Notes: generated by a model not told the origin, from the letters alone. Positions 28,115 to 45,729 are shown, numbered from the stretch's first letter. The stretch: DNA of 64,000 nt from Eledone cirrhosa (GCA_964016885.1 OZ024765.1:15996001-16060000), one strand, 5' to 3'. Numbers and translations are program-made.

Positions 28115-30950
28115 TGTTGGTGTGTAGCTGTGTACCGTTGGTTGTGGGTGTGTTGTATTGGTGTGTAGCTGTGTACCGTTGGTTGTGGGTGTGTTGTGTT
28201 GGTGTGTAGCTGTGTACCGTTGGTTGTGGGTGTGTTGTGTTGGTGTTTAGCTGTGTACCGTTGGTTGTGGGTGTGTTGTGTTGGTGTGTAGCTGTGTACC
28301 GTTGGTTGTGGGTGTGTTGTGTTGGTGTGTAGCTGTGTACCGTTGGTTGTGGGTGTGTTGTGTTGGTGTTTAGCTGTGTACCGTTGGTTGTGGGTGTGTT
28401 GTGTTGGTGTGTACCTGTGTACCGTTGGTTGTGGGTGTGTTGTGTTGGTGTGTAGCTGTGTAACGTTGGTTGTGGGTGGGTTGTGTTGGTGTGTAGCTGT
28501 GTAACGTTGGTTGTGGGTGGGTTGTGTTGGTGTGTAGCTGTGTAACGTTGGTTGTGGGTGTGTTGTGTTGGTGTGTAGCCGTGTACCGTTGGTTGTGGGT
28601 GTGTTGTATTGGTGTGTAGCTGTGTACCGTTGGTTGTGGGTGTGTTGTGTTGGTGTGTAGCTGTGTACCGCTGGTTGTGGGTGTGTTGTGTTGGTGTGTA
28701 GCTGTGTAACGTTGGTTGTGGGTGGGTTGTGTTGGTGTGTAGCTGTGTACCGTTGGTTGTGGGTGTGTTGTGTTGGTGTGTAGCTGTGTAACGTTGGTTG
28801 TGGGTGTGTTGTGTTGGTGTGTAGCTGTGTAACGTTGGTTGTGTGTGGGTTGTGTTGGTGTGTAGCTGTTTAACGTTGGTTGTGGGTGTGTTGTGTTGGT
28901 GTGTAGCTGTGTAACGTTGGTTGTGTGTGGGTTGTGTTGGTGTGTAGCTGTGTACCGTTGGTTGTGGGTGTGTTGTGTTGGTGTGTAGCTGTGTAACGTT
29001 GGTTGTGGGTGTGACGTCATCGTGGTTTGGTGTGTTAATGTGTAGCTATGTAACTTTGGTTGTGGGTGTGTTGTGTTAATGTGTAGCTATGTAACTTTGG
29101 TTGTGGGTGTGTTGTGTTCGTGGATTGTTGTGTTGGTGTGTGGTTTTTGTGTGTTGTGCTGGTGTGTAGCTGCGTAACGTTGGTTGTGGGTGTGTTGTGT
29201 TAATGTGTAGTTGTTTTAAGGTTGATTGTGGGTGTGTTGTTCTTGTGGTGTGTTGTGTTAATGTGTAGCTGTGTAACTTTGGTTGTGGGTGTGTTGTTCT
29301 TGTAGGGTGTTGTGTTGGTGTGTAGCTGTATGTTGTGTGGGTTGTGTTGGTGTGTAGCTGTGTATTGTGTTGGTGTGTAGCTGTGTATTGTGTTGGTGTG
29401 TAGCTGTATGTTGTGTTGGTGTGTAGCTGTATGTTGTGTTGGTGTGTAGCTGTATGTTGTGTTGGTGTGTAGCTGTATGTTGTGTTGGTGTGTAGCTGTG
29501 TATTGTGTTGGTGTGTAGCTGTATGTTGTGTTGGTGTGTAGCTGTGTATTGTGTTGGTGTGTAGCTGTGTAGCTGTATGTTGTGTTGGTGTGTAGCTGTA
29601 TGTTGTGTTGGTGTGTAGCTGTATGTTGTGTTGGTGTGTAGCTGTGTATTGTGTTGGTGTGTAGCTGTATGTTGTGTTGGTGTGTAGCTGTATGTTGTGT
29701 TGGTGTGTAGATGTATGTTGTGTTGGTGTGTAGCTGTGGGTTGTGTTGGTGTGTAGTTGTATGTTGTGTCGGTGTGTAGCTGTGTGTTGTGTTGGTGTGT
29801 AGCTGTGTAGCTGTATGTTGTGTTGGTGTGTAGCTGTATGTTGTGTTGGTGTGTAGCTGTATGTTGTGTTGGTGTGTAGCTGTGGGTTGTGTTGGTGTGT
29901 AGCTGTGGGTTGTGTTGGTGTGTAGCTGTGTGTTGTGTTGGTGTGTAGCTGTGTAGCTGTATGTTGTGTTGGTGTGTAGCTGTATGTTGTGTTGGTGTGT
30001 AGATGTATGTTGTGTTGGTGTGTAGTTGTATGTTGTGTTGGTGTGTAGCTGTGTAGCTGTATGTTGTGTTGGTGTGTAGCTGTGGGTTGTGTTGGTGTGT
30101 AGCTGTGTGTTGTGTTGGTGTGTAGCTGTGGGTTGTGTTGGTGTGTAGCTGTGTGTTGTGTTGGTGTGTAGCTGTGTGTTGTGTTAGTGTGTAGCTGTGT
30201 AGCTGTATGTTGTGTTGGTGCGTAGCTGTATGTTGTGTTGGTGTCTAGCTGTGTATTGTGTTAGTGTGTAGCTGTGTAGCTGTATGTTGGGTTGGTGTGT
30301 AGCTGTATGTTGTGTTGGTGTGTAGCTGTGTAGCTGTGTGTTGTGTTGGTGTGTAGCTGTGTGTTGTGTTAGTGTGTAGCTGTGTAGCTGTATGTTGTGT
30401 TGGTGTGTAGCTGTGTATTGTGTTGGTGTGTAGCTGTATGTTGTGTTGGTGTGTAGCTGTGGGTTGTGTTGGTGTGTAGCTGTATGTTGTGTTGGTGTGT
30501 AGCTGTGTGTTGTGTTGCTGTGTAGCTGTATGTTGTTTCGCTGTGTGTTGTGTAGGTGTATAGCTGTATGTTGTGTTGGTGTGTAGCTGTGTGTTATGTT
30601 GGTGTTTTGGTGTGTAGCGGTGTGTGTGTTGGTGCGTTGGTGTGTAGCTGTATGGTGTGTTGGTGTGTAGCTGTATGTTGTGTTGGTGTGTTTGTGTCTA
30701 GCTGCGTTGGTGTGTAGCTGTGTGTTGTGTTGGTGTGTAGTTGTATGTTGTATAGGTGTGTAGCTGTATGTTGTGTTGGTGTGTAGATGCATGTTGTGTT
30801 GGTGTGTAGCTGTGTGTTGTGTTGGTGTGTAGTTGTATGTTGTGTAGGTGTGTAGCTGTGTGTTATGTTGGTGTTTTGGTGTGTAGCGGTGTGTGTGTTG
30901 GTGCGTTGGTGTGTAGCCGTGTGTTGTGTTGGTGTGTTGATGTGTAGCTA
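28115..30950. repeat. GT-rich minisatellite: 41-bp unit (to ~29010) grading into a 23-bp unit
   Basis: TGTGTAGCTGTGTACCGTTGGTTGTGGGTGTGTTGTGTTGG then GTGTAGCTGTATGTTGTGTTGGT. Confidence 0.95.
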
Positions 30951-31319
30951 CCTAACGTCAGTTGAGGGTGTGTGGTTAGTATGGTGTGGTGCGTTGAGTT
31001 GTGTTGGTGTGTAACTATATAACTTTATTTGTGGGTGCATGGTTTTTATGGTGTGTTGTGTTGGTGTGTGATTGAGAAGGGGTCACACACGGGTCGTAAA
31101 CAGGGGTCAAGTTCTGGTAAAGTTGGTCAATAACAGTGTAGCGGATGTAGAAATGTGTTTGTTGGTTAGAAATACATCTAAGGTGTGTTTGTGGAGATGT
31201 GTAGGTGTCTGACTGTGCTCTGTAGCTGTGTAATGGGGTTATAGGCTAATAGACAGGCAGGATGTGTGTAAGTAGACAAAAGATAGTAGCCATCTTGTCT
31301 TTGTTACATCTAGTTATTT

Positions 31320-31644
31320 ATTGTTTAGTTGTTGTTGTTGTTTCTTTGTAGTTATAGTTGTTATTGTTGTTGTTGTGTGTTTCTTTCTTGTTGCTGTTGT
31401 TATTGTTGTTGTTGTGTGTTTCTTTCTTGTTGCTGTTGGTGTTGGTGCTGTTGTTGGTGTTGCTGTTGTTGGTGTTGCTGCTGCTGCTGTTGTTGTTGTT
31501 GTTGTTGGTGTTGTTGCTGTTTGTCGTCGTTAGTGCTGCTGTTGTTGTTGTTGCTGCTGTTGATGTTGTTGTTGTTGCTGGTGTTGTTGCTGGTGTTGTT
31601 GTTGCTGCTGCTGTTGTTGTTGTTGTTGCTGGTGTTGTTGCTGC

Positions 31645-31676
<32 letters not shown>

Positions 31677-31710
31677 TTGTTGTTGTTGCTGGTGTTAGTG
31701 TTGTTTCTGG

Positions 31711-31742
<32 letters not shown>

Positions 31743-31810
31743 TTGCTAGTATTGTTGTTGGTACTGCTGTTGTTGTTGTTGTTGCTACGATTGTTGTTGT
31801 TGTTGTTGTA
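31320..31810. repeat. (GTT/GCT)n tract
   Basis: Direct reading. Confidence 0.9.
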
Positions 31811-31937
31811 TGTATTATTTTGCTATTATCAATGTTTAATTTTTAATTTTGTCGGTATGGTGAAACTGGTTTATATATATGAAAGGTTCTGTTGTTGTTT
31901 GGTGTTGGAGGTTGTTTTGTGTTGGTGGTGATGGTGT

Positions 31938-34045
<2,108 letters not shown>

Positions 34046-34379
34046 TACGCACGTGGGTGTATATATGTTTGATATATATATTCAGGCCACCCTGTTTATA
34101 TATGAGCGCGTCTACGTGACCAATCCATAAAGTATTATGTTACATACTGCAAATCGTATATCTATTACTGCAATACTATGTACAATATCTATCGCTTGGG
34201 TCGCGCTTGTTGTTATTGTTGCTGTCGTCATTGATATGATAATGGCCGCCATTTTGTTTGTTAGAAATTTGTTAGTTTTGTAAAGTTTCATTTTTCTTGG
34301 TATTAAGTAGGTTTTTTTTTTTTAGTTTATATTTAACTGGTGAATACAGAGACGTGGAGATTGATAGAGTGAGAAGTCT

Positions 34380-34452
<73 letters not shown>

Positions 34453-34712
34453 TGTATGAAGAGAGAGAGAGAGAGATGTGAGTGGAGAGAGAGAAGAGGG
34501 AGGAGGTTGAGAGATATGTGTGAAGGGAGAGACAGTGTGTGAGAGAGGTGGAGAGAGAAGACGGAGGGGAGAGAGAGATGTCTGACGTGAAAGATAGAGA
34601 GACAGAGAGAGAGGGGAAGATATGTCGGAAGAGAGAGTGAGAGAGATAGGTAGGGAGAGGTGTGGTGTGATGTGTGTAGAGAGATAAAACAGAGAGTGAG
34701 AGAGATGTATGA

Positions 34713-34749
<37 letters not shown>

Positions 34750-35900
34750 TAGATGTGAGTGGAGAGAGAGAAGAGGGAGGGAGAAAGATATGTGTGAAGG
34801 GAGAGACAGTGTGTGGGAGAGGTGGAGAGAGAAGACGGAGGGGAGAGAGAGATGTCTGACGTGAAAGATAGAGAGAGAGAGAGGAAGATATGTCTGAAGA
34901 GAGAGTGAGAGAGATAGGTAGGGAGAGGTGTGGTGTGATGTGTGTAGAGAGACGAAACAGAGAGTGAGAGAGATGTATGAAGAGAGAGAGAGAGAGATGT
35001 GAGTGGAGAGAGAGAAGAGGGAGGGAGCGAGATATGTGTGAAGGGAGAGACAGTGTGTGAGAGAGGTGGAGAGAGAAGACGGAGAGGAGAGAGAGATGTC
35101 TGACGTGAAAGATAGAGAGACAAAGAGAGAGAGGGAGATATGCCTGAAGAGAGAGTGAGAGAGATAGGTAGGGAGAGGTGTGGTGTGATGTGTGTAGAGA
35201 GATAAAACAGAGAGTGAGAGAGATGTATGAAGAGAGAGAGAGAGAGAGATAGATATATGTGAGTGGAGAGAGAGAAGAGGGAGGGAGAAAGATATGTTTG
35301 GAGGGAGAGACAGTTTGTGGGAGAGGTGGAGAGAGAAGACGGAGGGGAGAGGGAGATGTCTGACGTGAAAGATAGAGAGACAGAGAGAGAGAGGAAGATA
35401 TGTCTGAAGAGAGAGTGAGAGAGATAGGTAGGGAGAGGTGTGGTGTGATGTGTGTAGAGAGATAAAACAGAGTGTGAGAGAGATGTATGAAGGGAGAGAG
35501 AGAGAGAGAGAGAGAGATAGATAGATGTGAGTGGAGAGAGAGAAGAGGGAGGGAGAAAGATATGTGTGAAGGGAGAGACAGTGTGTGGGAGAGGTGGAGA
35601 GAGAAGACGGAAGGGAGAGAGAGATGTCTGACGTGAAAGATAGCGAGATAGGGAGAGAGAGGGAAGAGAGAGGGAGATATGTCTGAAGAGAGAGAGGGAG
35701 AGAGTAGGGAAGTGTGTGAAACAGAGAGGATGGAGGAAAAGGATAGAGTGAAATCTGGTTGGAGAGAGCGAGAATGAAATGTAGGAGAACGTCTGTGAAG
35801 TCATAGAGAGGATGGAGGAGAGAGAGAGAGACAGAGATTGTGTAGTGTGTAGAGAGGTGTATTAAGAGAGAGGGAGAAGGGAGACAGATAGATAGAGAGA
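34380..35900. repeat. (GA)-rich tandem repeat, ~245-275 bp unit, about 5 copies
   Basis: GTCTGACGTGAAAGA at ~34580, ~34854, ~35098, ~35358 and ~35626. Confidence 0.92.
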
Positions 35901-36014
35901 TAGAAAATGTGAGCAGAATTTGGTGGTAAACGAAGGGCGGCCGAAACATTCGTTTACATTTTCCACGCGTGTAGCTACAGTCGAGTTATTTTTCTTTAAT
36001 ACATATCTTTGTTA

Positions 36015-36277
36015 GGGCGATGGATTGGCAGTATCGGTAGAGGGTCGGACGCCATGCTTTTCAGCATAGAGTTACGGCCCTTTATGATCTGCGTTAGGGT
36101 TAGGGTTAGGGAAAGCCTAACGGCCCTTTATGATCTGAGTTCCAATCCCGCCGAGGTGAATTTAGCCGTTCATCCTTACGGGTCCGATAAAATATAGTAC
36201 CAGTCACGCACTGAGGTCGATTTAATCGACTTCCCTTCCCCCGAAATTGCTGGCCTTGCGCCGATATAAGAAACAAA
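36015..36277 (+). mobile_element. Full-length SINE copy interrupted by a telomeric-repeat insertion
   Basis: SINE consensus with (TTAGGG)3 at 36094-36111 between direct repeats 36074-36091 and 36120-36137. Confidence 0.85.
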
Positions 36278-36477
36278 TATATATCTTTGTCTCCATATTG
36301 TAAACTTTATAATGTAAAATCCTTATCTTAGTTTGTAAAATGGCGGACATTTTTAGTTTCATTTTCATTTACGTTTTCCTGACAATTCATTCTTTCAGCT
36401 TCTTATTTCAGAATTTGTTTTTCTCTTGTAAATATTGTTTTGTGATATACATGAGTATTAGAGCAATGTGCTTACTT

Positions 36478-36535
<58 letters not shown>

Positions 36536-36606
36536 GTATATATGTATATATAATTGTATATATGTAAATGTGTATATAAAATTGTATATATATATATACA
36601 TAATTG

Positions 36607-36667
<61 letters not shown>

Positions 36668-37248
36668 TAATGTTTTGTAGGTTCGAATCCCCATTGTGTT
36701 TCGTTGATATTATCTTTTGTCGGTGTATCGTTTTGTTCTTCTCTCTTTATATGGCTTTATGATTCCTATCTCAAGCAATTGCTATGTTATCTGTCTAGAG
36801 TCAGTGGATTGGTAAATCTACATGGAAGTCTTATTACTGGAGTAGGCGCTAGCATTAGCTCCCGTTGGCGAGGCTGCAAATACAGGGAGATTCACGTTAA
36901 GGTACATATGTTAGAGTTAGCAGAGGTTTAGCCTCATATTAAAAGAACAGGGGTTTGAATTGATGAATGAAACAAAACAATACGTAAAAAAAAAAACAAA
37001 ATAAGCAATTGTTAAAATTTAGAAACAGGTATTGTTTAAAGAAAATACGCCAAAATGCAGTTGAACTATCAATATTTAAATACGGGGGGTAAAACACACA
37101 GGAGACGAAGGGGAGACTGGACAAACCCCAATCCTGGAAATAGAATCATATATAAACATATCGTGGTAATTTTTCAAAAAGTCAAATCTATTTTCAAATT
37201 CACTGTATGCTAAAACGAAACGGCTTGAACAGGTAAAAGAGTAAAAAA

Positions 37249-37369
<121 letters not shown>

Positions 37370-37561
37370 GCGTACGCATACACAAAAACACACACACACA
37401 CACACACACGTACGCATACACAAAAACACACACATACATACATACACACACACACATATATACATAAATATATACACACACATAAATACATAAATATATA
37501 TACACACACGTACACATACACAAAAAACACATACATACATACACACATGCACACACACACA

Positions 37562-37596
<35 letters not shown>

Positions 37597-37918
37597 AGGG
37601 AGCGTAACGTGAAGTTGCTGTAGGTTTACCCAGGTAAGCACTCGATGTTTAGGTTCACTTCTGTGTTGAGGTGTAGAGCTATACAGAGTGTAATATAATA
37701 TAATTATACAAGGACAATTTGTTAAGCCTTCATTACGTTTATTGATAGGTGACGCACGTTTCGCTGTTGATCAGTTCATGGTTCGGTCTATATCAATCTG
37801 GCCCGACTCTGGAATAAAAAGCTCGTCGGACCTCTTTTGTAGTAATGCCAGAGAGAATAGACTCATCAGTCACAATATATAATTTCCCTAGCTCTCTCAG
37901 TTGGTAGGTAAGCAGTAT

Positions 37919-37965
37919 ACTGCACTGATGAAATATAATCACCCAGAAACATTAGTGTCTGTAGT
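37919..37965 (+). ncRNA. Type I HHR motif with a degenerate helix II
   Basis: ACUGCA-CUGAUGA-(14 nt)-GAAA-CA(UUAG)UG-UC-UGUAGU. 6-bp helix I, GUC triplet. Lies in the TA-flanked island 37595-38090. Confidence 0.55.
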
Positions 37966-38089
37966 TCTGTTTACATGGCAACACAAGAGTAAGAATGGCG
38001 GTGTCATTCTACTGAGATGGCTTTAAGAAGAATGTTTGCATAATTGCAAACGAATCGAGTATTGTTATTAGTATTCGAAAAACTCAGAT

Positions 38090-38124
<35 letters not shown>

Positions 38125-38996
38125 CAATGTGTGATCGTAACTACGTATGGTGTGTGTACACATATAGGTATATTCCTTTGTAGACATGTGAATGTTATAT
38201 AAATTAGTGTGTTTGAGTGACTTTAAAGATTGCTTGGAAGAATAAAAAATACATTCTTGCATACACACAGATTTACACACAAACATATTTACACGTCTAT
38301 ATATATTTACACACATATATATATACATACATACAGATTGGAGTGTAAATGTGGTCGTGTGTATGTGTATGTGTGTGTAGACGATCGGTATATCCGTATA
38401 GGTATATAGACATGTAAGTGTTTATTTCCTTTAATCTATGAAAGTTCTAACATTGTGTTGTTTTATCAAGAGTCGCGGGAAAGATCATTGACATTTCGCA
38501 AATTGCCAATGCTTGGCGGGAAAAGGAGGTACGGTAGGTGAAAAGGAGAATGAGAAGCAACTGAAGGAGTTTAGAGACGGAAAGAAATACGCATGAAAAG
38601 GAGAGAGAGAAATGAAACACAGGTAGTGAGCAACAGAGAGAGAGAGAGCGTGAGAGAGAGAGAGATAGAGAGAGAGGGAAAAAGAGTTGTTTGTTTGAAT
38701 TAATTAAATCGATTGTATATATACGACAATTAATTAAATCTCAATTCAACATATTTTAGTTCTTATTGAATCAATGAATAGAAACCAACAACACAAACAA
38801 CAAATAACATCAAAACCAGCAACCATCCACACATGTACCAATCAACAACAAAACAAAACATTATTCTGATATCGTCGGTTAATTGTTATTTCAGGTTTAT
38901 TATTATTACCTGAATAAAGTTGGAGTGTGAGGTTATTTGATCAAACACACTGCCGCACAAACATGTCTACATATACAGACACACGCGCAAATACAT

Positions 38997-40636
<1,640 letters not shown>

Positions 40637-40821
40637 ACTTTTGTGATTGTATTTGCAAGATTCCTGGTAGGAAATCGTCTAACAGAACAGTCTTTGCTAT
40701 AATTGGTGAGGTCCAAACGGTCACTATATATATACACACCCTTGTCTAGACTGAACTAAATTTTCTTATTATTTGGGTTATTAATTATTTCCTCGGTGAG
40801 ACTTGTTACATTGTCATATTT

Positions 40822-42702
40822 AATTATAATACCTCCCCGTCCTAGTGACAGAGTGTCCCACTATATATATATATTTATTATAATACCTGCCCGTCCTAGT
40901 CACAGAGTCTCCCACTATATATATATATTTATATATTTATTATAATACCTGCCCGTCCTAGTCACAGAGTCTCCCACTATATATATATATTTATATATTT
41001 ATTATAATACCTGCCCGTCCTAGTCACAGAGTCTCCCACTATATATATATATTTATATATTTATTATAATACCTCCAGTCCTAGTGACAGAGTCTCCCAC
41101 TATATATATATATTTATTATAATACCTGCCTGTCCTGGTCACAGAGTCTCCCACTATATATATATATATATTTATTATAATACCTCCCCGTCCTAGTCGA
41201 GAGTCTCCCACTATATATATATATTTATTATAATACCTGCCCGTCCTAGTCCAGAGTCTCCCACTATATATATATATTTATTATAATACCTCCAGTCCTA
41301 GTCACAGAGTCTCCCACTATATATATTTATTATAATACCTCCAGTCCTGGTCACAGAGTCTCCCACTATATATATATATTTATTATAATCCCTCCCCGTC
41401 CTAGTCACAGAGTCTCCCACTATATATATATATTTATTATAATACCTCCCCGTCCTAGTCACAGAGTCTCCCACTATATATATATATTTATTATAATACC
41501 TCCCCGTCCTAGTCGAGAGTCTCCCACTATATATATATATTTATTATAATACCCCCCCGTCCTAGTCGAGAGTCTCCCACTATATATATATATTTATTAT
41601 AATACCTGCCCGTCCTAGTCCAGAGTCTCCCACTATATATATATATTTATTATAATACCTCCAGTCCTAGTCACAGAGTCTCCCACTATATATATATATT
41701 TATTATAATACCTCCAGTCCTGGTCACAGAGTCTCCCACTATATATATATATTTATTATAATACCTGCCCGTCCTAGTCCAGAGTCTCCCACTATATATA
41801 TATATTTATTATAATACCTCCAGTCCTAGTCACAGAGTCTCCCACTATATATATATATTTATTATAATACCTGCCCGTCCTAGTCCAGAGTCTCCCACTA
41901 TATATATATATTTATTATAATACCTGCCCGTCCTAGTCCAGAGTCTCCCACTATATATATATATTTATTATAATACCTCCAGTCCTAGTCACAGAGTCTC
42001 CCACTATATATATATATTTATTATAATACCTCCAGTCCTAGTCCAGAGTCTCCCACTATATATATATATTTATTATAATACCTGCCCGTCCTAGTCCAGA
42101 GTCTCCCACTATATATATATATTTATTATAATACCTCCCCGTCCTAGTCGAGAGTCTCCCACTATATATATATATTTATTATAATACCTCCCCGTCCTAG
42201 TCGAGAGTCTCCCACTATATATATATATTTATTATAATACCTGCCCGTCCTAGTCCAGAGTCTCCCACTATATATATATATTTATTATAATACCTCCCCG
42301 TCCTAGTCGAGAGTCTCCCACTATATATATATATTTATTATAATACCTCCCCGTCCTAGTCGAGAGTCTCCCACTATATATATATATTTATTATAATACC
42401 TGCCCGTCCTAGTCCAGAGTCTCCCACTATATATATATATTTATTATAATACCTCCCCGTCCTAGTCGAGAGTCTCCCACTATATATATATATTTATTAT
42501 AATACCTGCCCGTCCTAGTCCAGAGTCTCCCACTATATATATATATTTATTATAATACCTGCCCGTCCTAGTCACAGAGTCTCCCACTATATATATATAT
42601 TTATATATTTATTATAATACCTGCATGTCCTAGTCACAGAGTCTCCCACTATATATATTTATTATAATACCTCCCCGTCCTAGTCAGAGAGTCTCTCACT
42701 AT
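40822..42702. repeat. Minisatellite, ~53-bp unit, about 35 copies
   Basis: Unit (TA)6TTTATTATAATACCT(C/G)CCCGTCCTAGTC(AC/C/G)AGAGTCTCCCAC. Confidence 0.96.
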
Positions 42703-42999
42703 ATGCCTAGTTTTACCTTGACTTCTTTTTTTGGCTTAGGTTGTTAATGGCGTCTTGACCGCCTTATCTGTTTGTATGGCCTTTATAACCTATGTTTATT
42801 GCTCTGGAGCGCTTGCCATAATGACTCGGAATTTGCGTTACGTTTCGCTTTTTCTACCCGCCGAAATGCGATTCTCGCTGAATTTATATTTGTATAGCTA
42901 TATATACATATATATTTGTTAATATAATAGATTAAATTTTAAGCAAAGAATCGCTACATTCACCCTTAAGGGGATCTTCTGAAACTCATTATTATTTAT

Positions 43000-43241
43000 T
43001 TACGTCCCTTTAAGATCTGAGTTCAAATCCCGCCGAGGTTGACTTTGCTTTCATCCTTACGGGGTCTATAAAATAAAGTACCATTAATGAACTGGGTAAT
43101 TGCTGGCCTTGTGCCTAAAGTAGAAACAATTATTATTTATTATATATATATATATGACTGCCTTTCATACTTCCGGGGTCGATAAAATAAAGTACCAGTA
43201 ATGTACTGTGTAATTGCTGGCCTTGTGCCTAAAGTAGAAAC

Positions 43242-43275
<34 letters not shown>

Positions 43276-43765
43276 TCGTACAATGCTTTTTTATTTGATT
43301 ATTTGGCAAAGCAATGCATAGGCGTGTTATATAGCCGTATTTGTCTGAGGGTTTCTCTCCCTATATATATATATATATATAATTGTTTCTACTTTTGGCA
43401 CAAGGCCAGCAAATACCCAGTACATTACTGGTACTTTATTTTATCGACCCCGTAAGGATGAAAGGCAAAGTTAACCTCGGCGGGATTTGAACTCAAAATG
43501 GCAAGGGCCGTAACTCTATGCGTCAAATCATGGCGTCCGGCCCTCTACCGATACTGCTAATCCACCACCATAATAATTGTTTCTACGTTTGGCACAAGGC
43601 CAGAAATTAAGCAGTACATTACTGGTACTTTATTTTATAGACTCCGTATGGATGAAAGGCAAAGTTAACCTCGGCGAGATTTCAACTCAGATCATAAAGG
43701 AACGTAACTCTAAGCTTCAAAGCATGGCGTCCGACTATCTACCGTTACTGCCAATCCACCATCAT
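43000..43765. mobile_element. SINE cluster: two partial plus-strand copies (43000-43245) and two minus-strand copies (43380-43765)
   Basis: Same SINE consensus. Confidence 0.85.
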
Positions 43766-43935
43766 AATAATAATAGAGTTTAATTAACGGATTCAGGCAC
43801 CTCTGTTAGAGTCGTGTGACTTCGTGAAACCTTGGGAAATGGAATAATGATATTGTGTTGTTTATTACATAATTAAATAGCTGTGTACGATACATAGGGA
43901 ACTCTTATGTCTTTACCTTTCCCACCCACCGACAT

Positions 43936-44005
<70 letters not shown>

Positions 44006-44200
44006 ATATTATATATATTATATATATATATATATTATATATATTTATATATATATATTATATATATTATACATATATTATATATATATATTATATATAT
44101 ATATTATATATATATATTATATATATATATTATATATATTATATATATATATTATATATATTATATATATATATTATATATATATATATATATTATATAT

Positions 44201-44234
<34 letters not shown>

Positions 44235-44241
44235 TATATAT

Positions 44242-44275
<34 letters not shown>

Positions 44276-44308
44276 TATATATATATATTTATATATATAT
44301 ATTTATAT

Positions 44309-44690
44309 ATAAAATATTAAACAAATAATGAATAAACAATTCCTTATATTAAACAAAAAAAGTTCATTATTTAACGATCGTTTCTAGGATATATATGTGT
44401 TAGAATTGGTATGCATATTCAACAGATCTATGCATAGATCTGTTGAATATGCATACCAATTCTAACACATATATATCCTAGAAACGATCGTTAAATAATG
44501 AACTTTTTTTGTTTAATATAAGGAATTGTTTATTCATTATTTGTTTAATATTTTATCTTGACTCTGTATACCGTTTATCTTTCACCGAAAGTGGTTTTTC
44601 ATTACATCTCTTCTTTCCATGATATCCGGATTACATTGAGTTCTTCATACGGATTGGACACTACCGTAAACTCTTGGTAGATTTATCTAC
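44309..44690 (+). mobile_element. TA-flanked element with a perfect spacer-less 248-bp palindrome (44309-44556) plus an unpaired ~130-bp tail
   Basis: Symmetry centre in AGATCTATG|CATAGATCT at 44432/44433. GAAACGATCGTT (HHR 3'-half-like) at 44481-44492. Confidence 0.8.
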
Positions 44691-44907
44691 ATATATTTAT
44701 ATATATATATTTATATATATATATTATATATATATATTTATATATATTATATATATATATTTATATATATATTTATATATATTATATATATATATTTATA
44801 TATATATTTATATATATTATATACATATATTTATATATATATATATATTATATATATTATATATATATATTTATATATATATATTTATATATATATATTT
44901 ATATATA

Positions 44908-45586
44908 ATGTAGGAGGTGAGTTTTATTGTAGTACAATAAAGCAATGCAGATATCGCATAAGAAGCACTCTACAGTTTGTAGGACTGGAGTATACATAAT
45001 ATATAAGATCAAAAGATGGTTAAAGGAGTTCCATGTATTTTATTATGCGCATTTCAAAAACAAACATCATCACGCAATAATTCATCAGATAAAACAGGAG
45101 AACATGATATGAAGGCTAAAAAACGCCTGTGGATAGTGCAGTTTTCAATCAACATATGAAAAGTAGTTTTAGATTGATGTGTGATATTGGGAAAAATATT
45201 TTATTTAGAGAGGAGGTGGGGGTGGAAAGGAAGAAAAAAGGGAAGGAGATGTAAAACAATATATCTTCTCTTAGTTATAAAAACTATATCTTTCTCTCTA
45301 TCACCCATCTCTCCCTCTCCACCTTCACTCTCATCTCCTCCCCTTTTTTCTTCCTTCCCCCCCCCTCTCTAAATAAAATATTTTTCCCAATATCACACAT
45401 CAATCTAAAACTACTTTTCATATGTTGATTTAAAACTGCACTATCCACAAGTGTTTTTTAGCCTTCATATCATGTTCTCCTGTTTTATCTGATGAAAACA
45501 CAAATATTATTGCATGATGATGTTTGTTTTTGAAATGCGCATAATAAAATATATGGAACTCCTTTAACCATCTTTTGATCTTATAT
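44908..45586. mobile_element. TA-flanked inverted-repeat element (family G), ~215-bp diverged arms, HHR in each arm
   Basis: 45001-45213 versus 45364-45586 are reverse complements with several mismatches and one indel. Confidence 0.82.
45483..45549 (+). ncRNA. Type I hammerhead ribozyme, canonical core
   Basis: UUUUAU-CUGAUGA-[AAACACAAAUAUUA...UGAUGUUUGUUUUU]-GAAA-UGCGCA-UA-AUAAAA. Palindromic helix III. The mirror copy at ~45038-45094 has a helix II deletion. Confidence 0.82.
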
Positions 45587-45590
45587 ATTA

Positions 45591-45636
<46 letters not shown>

Positions 45637-45729
45637 ATATTATATATATATTATATATATATATATTATATATATATATATATTATATATATATTATATA
45701 TATATATATTATATATATATATACATTAT

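Noticed and set aside
34272-35949. 500-aa Ser/Leu-rich ORFs
   Set aside because: Translation of a (CT)-rich tandem repeat.
40822-42702. CRISPR-like regular array
   Set aside because: No unique spacers; whole units repeat with minor variants; eukaryotic context with no cas genes.
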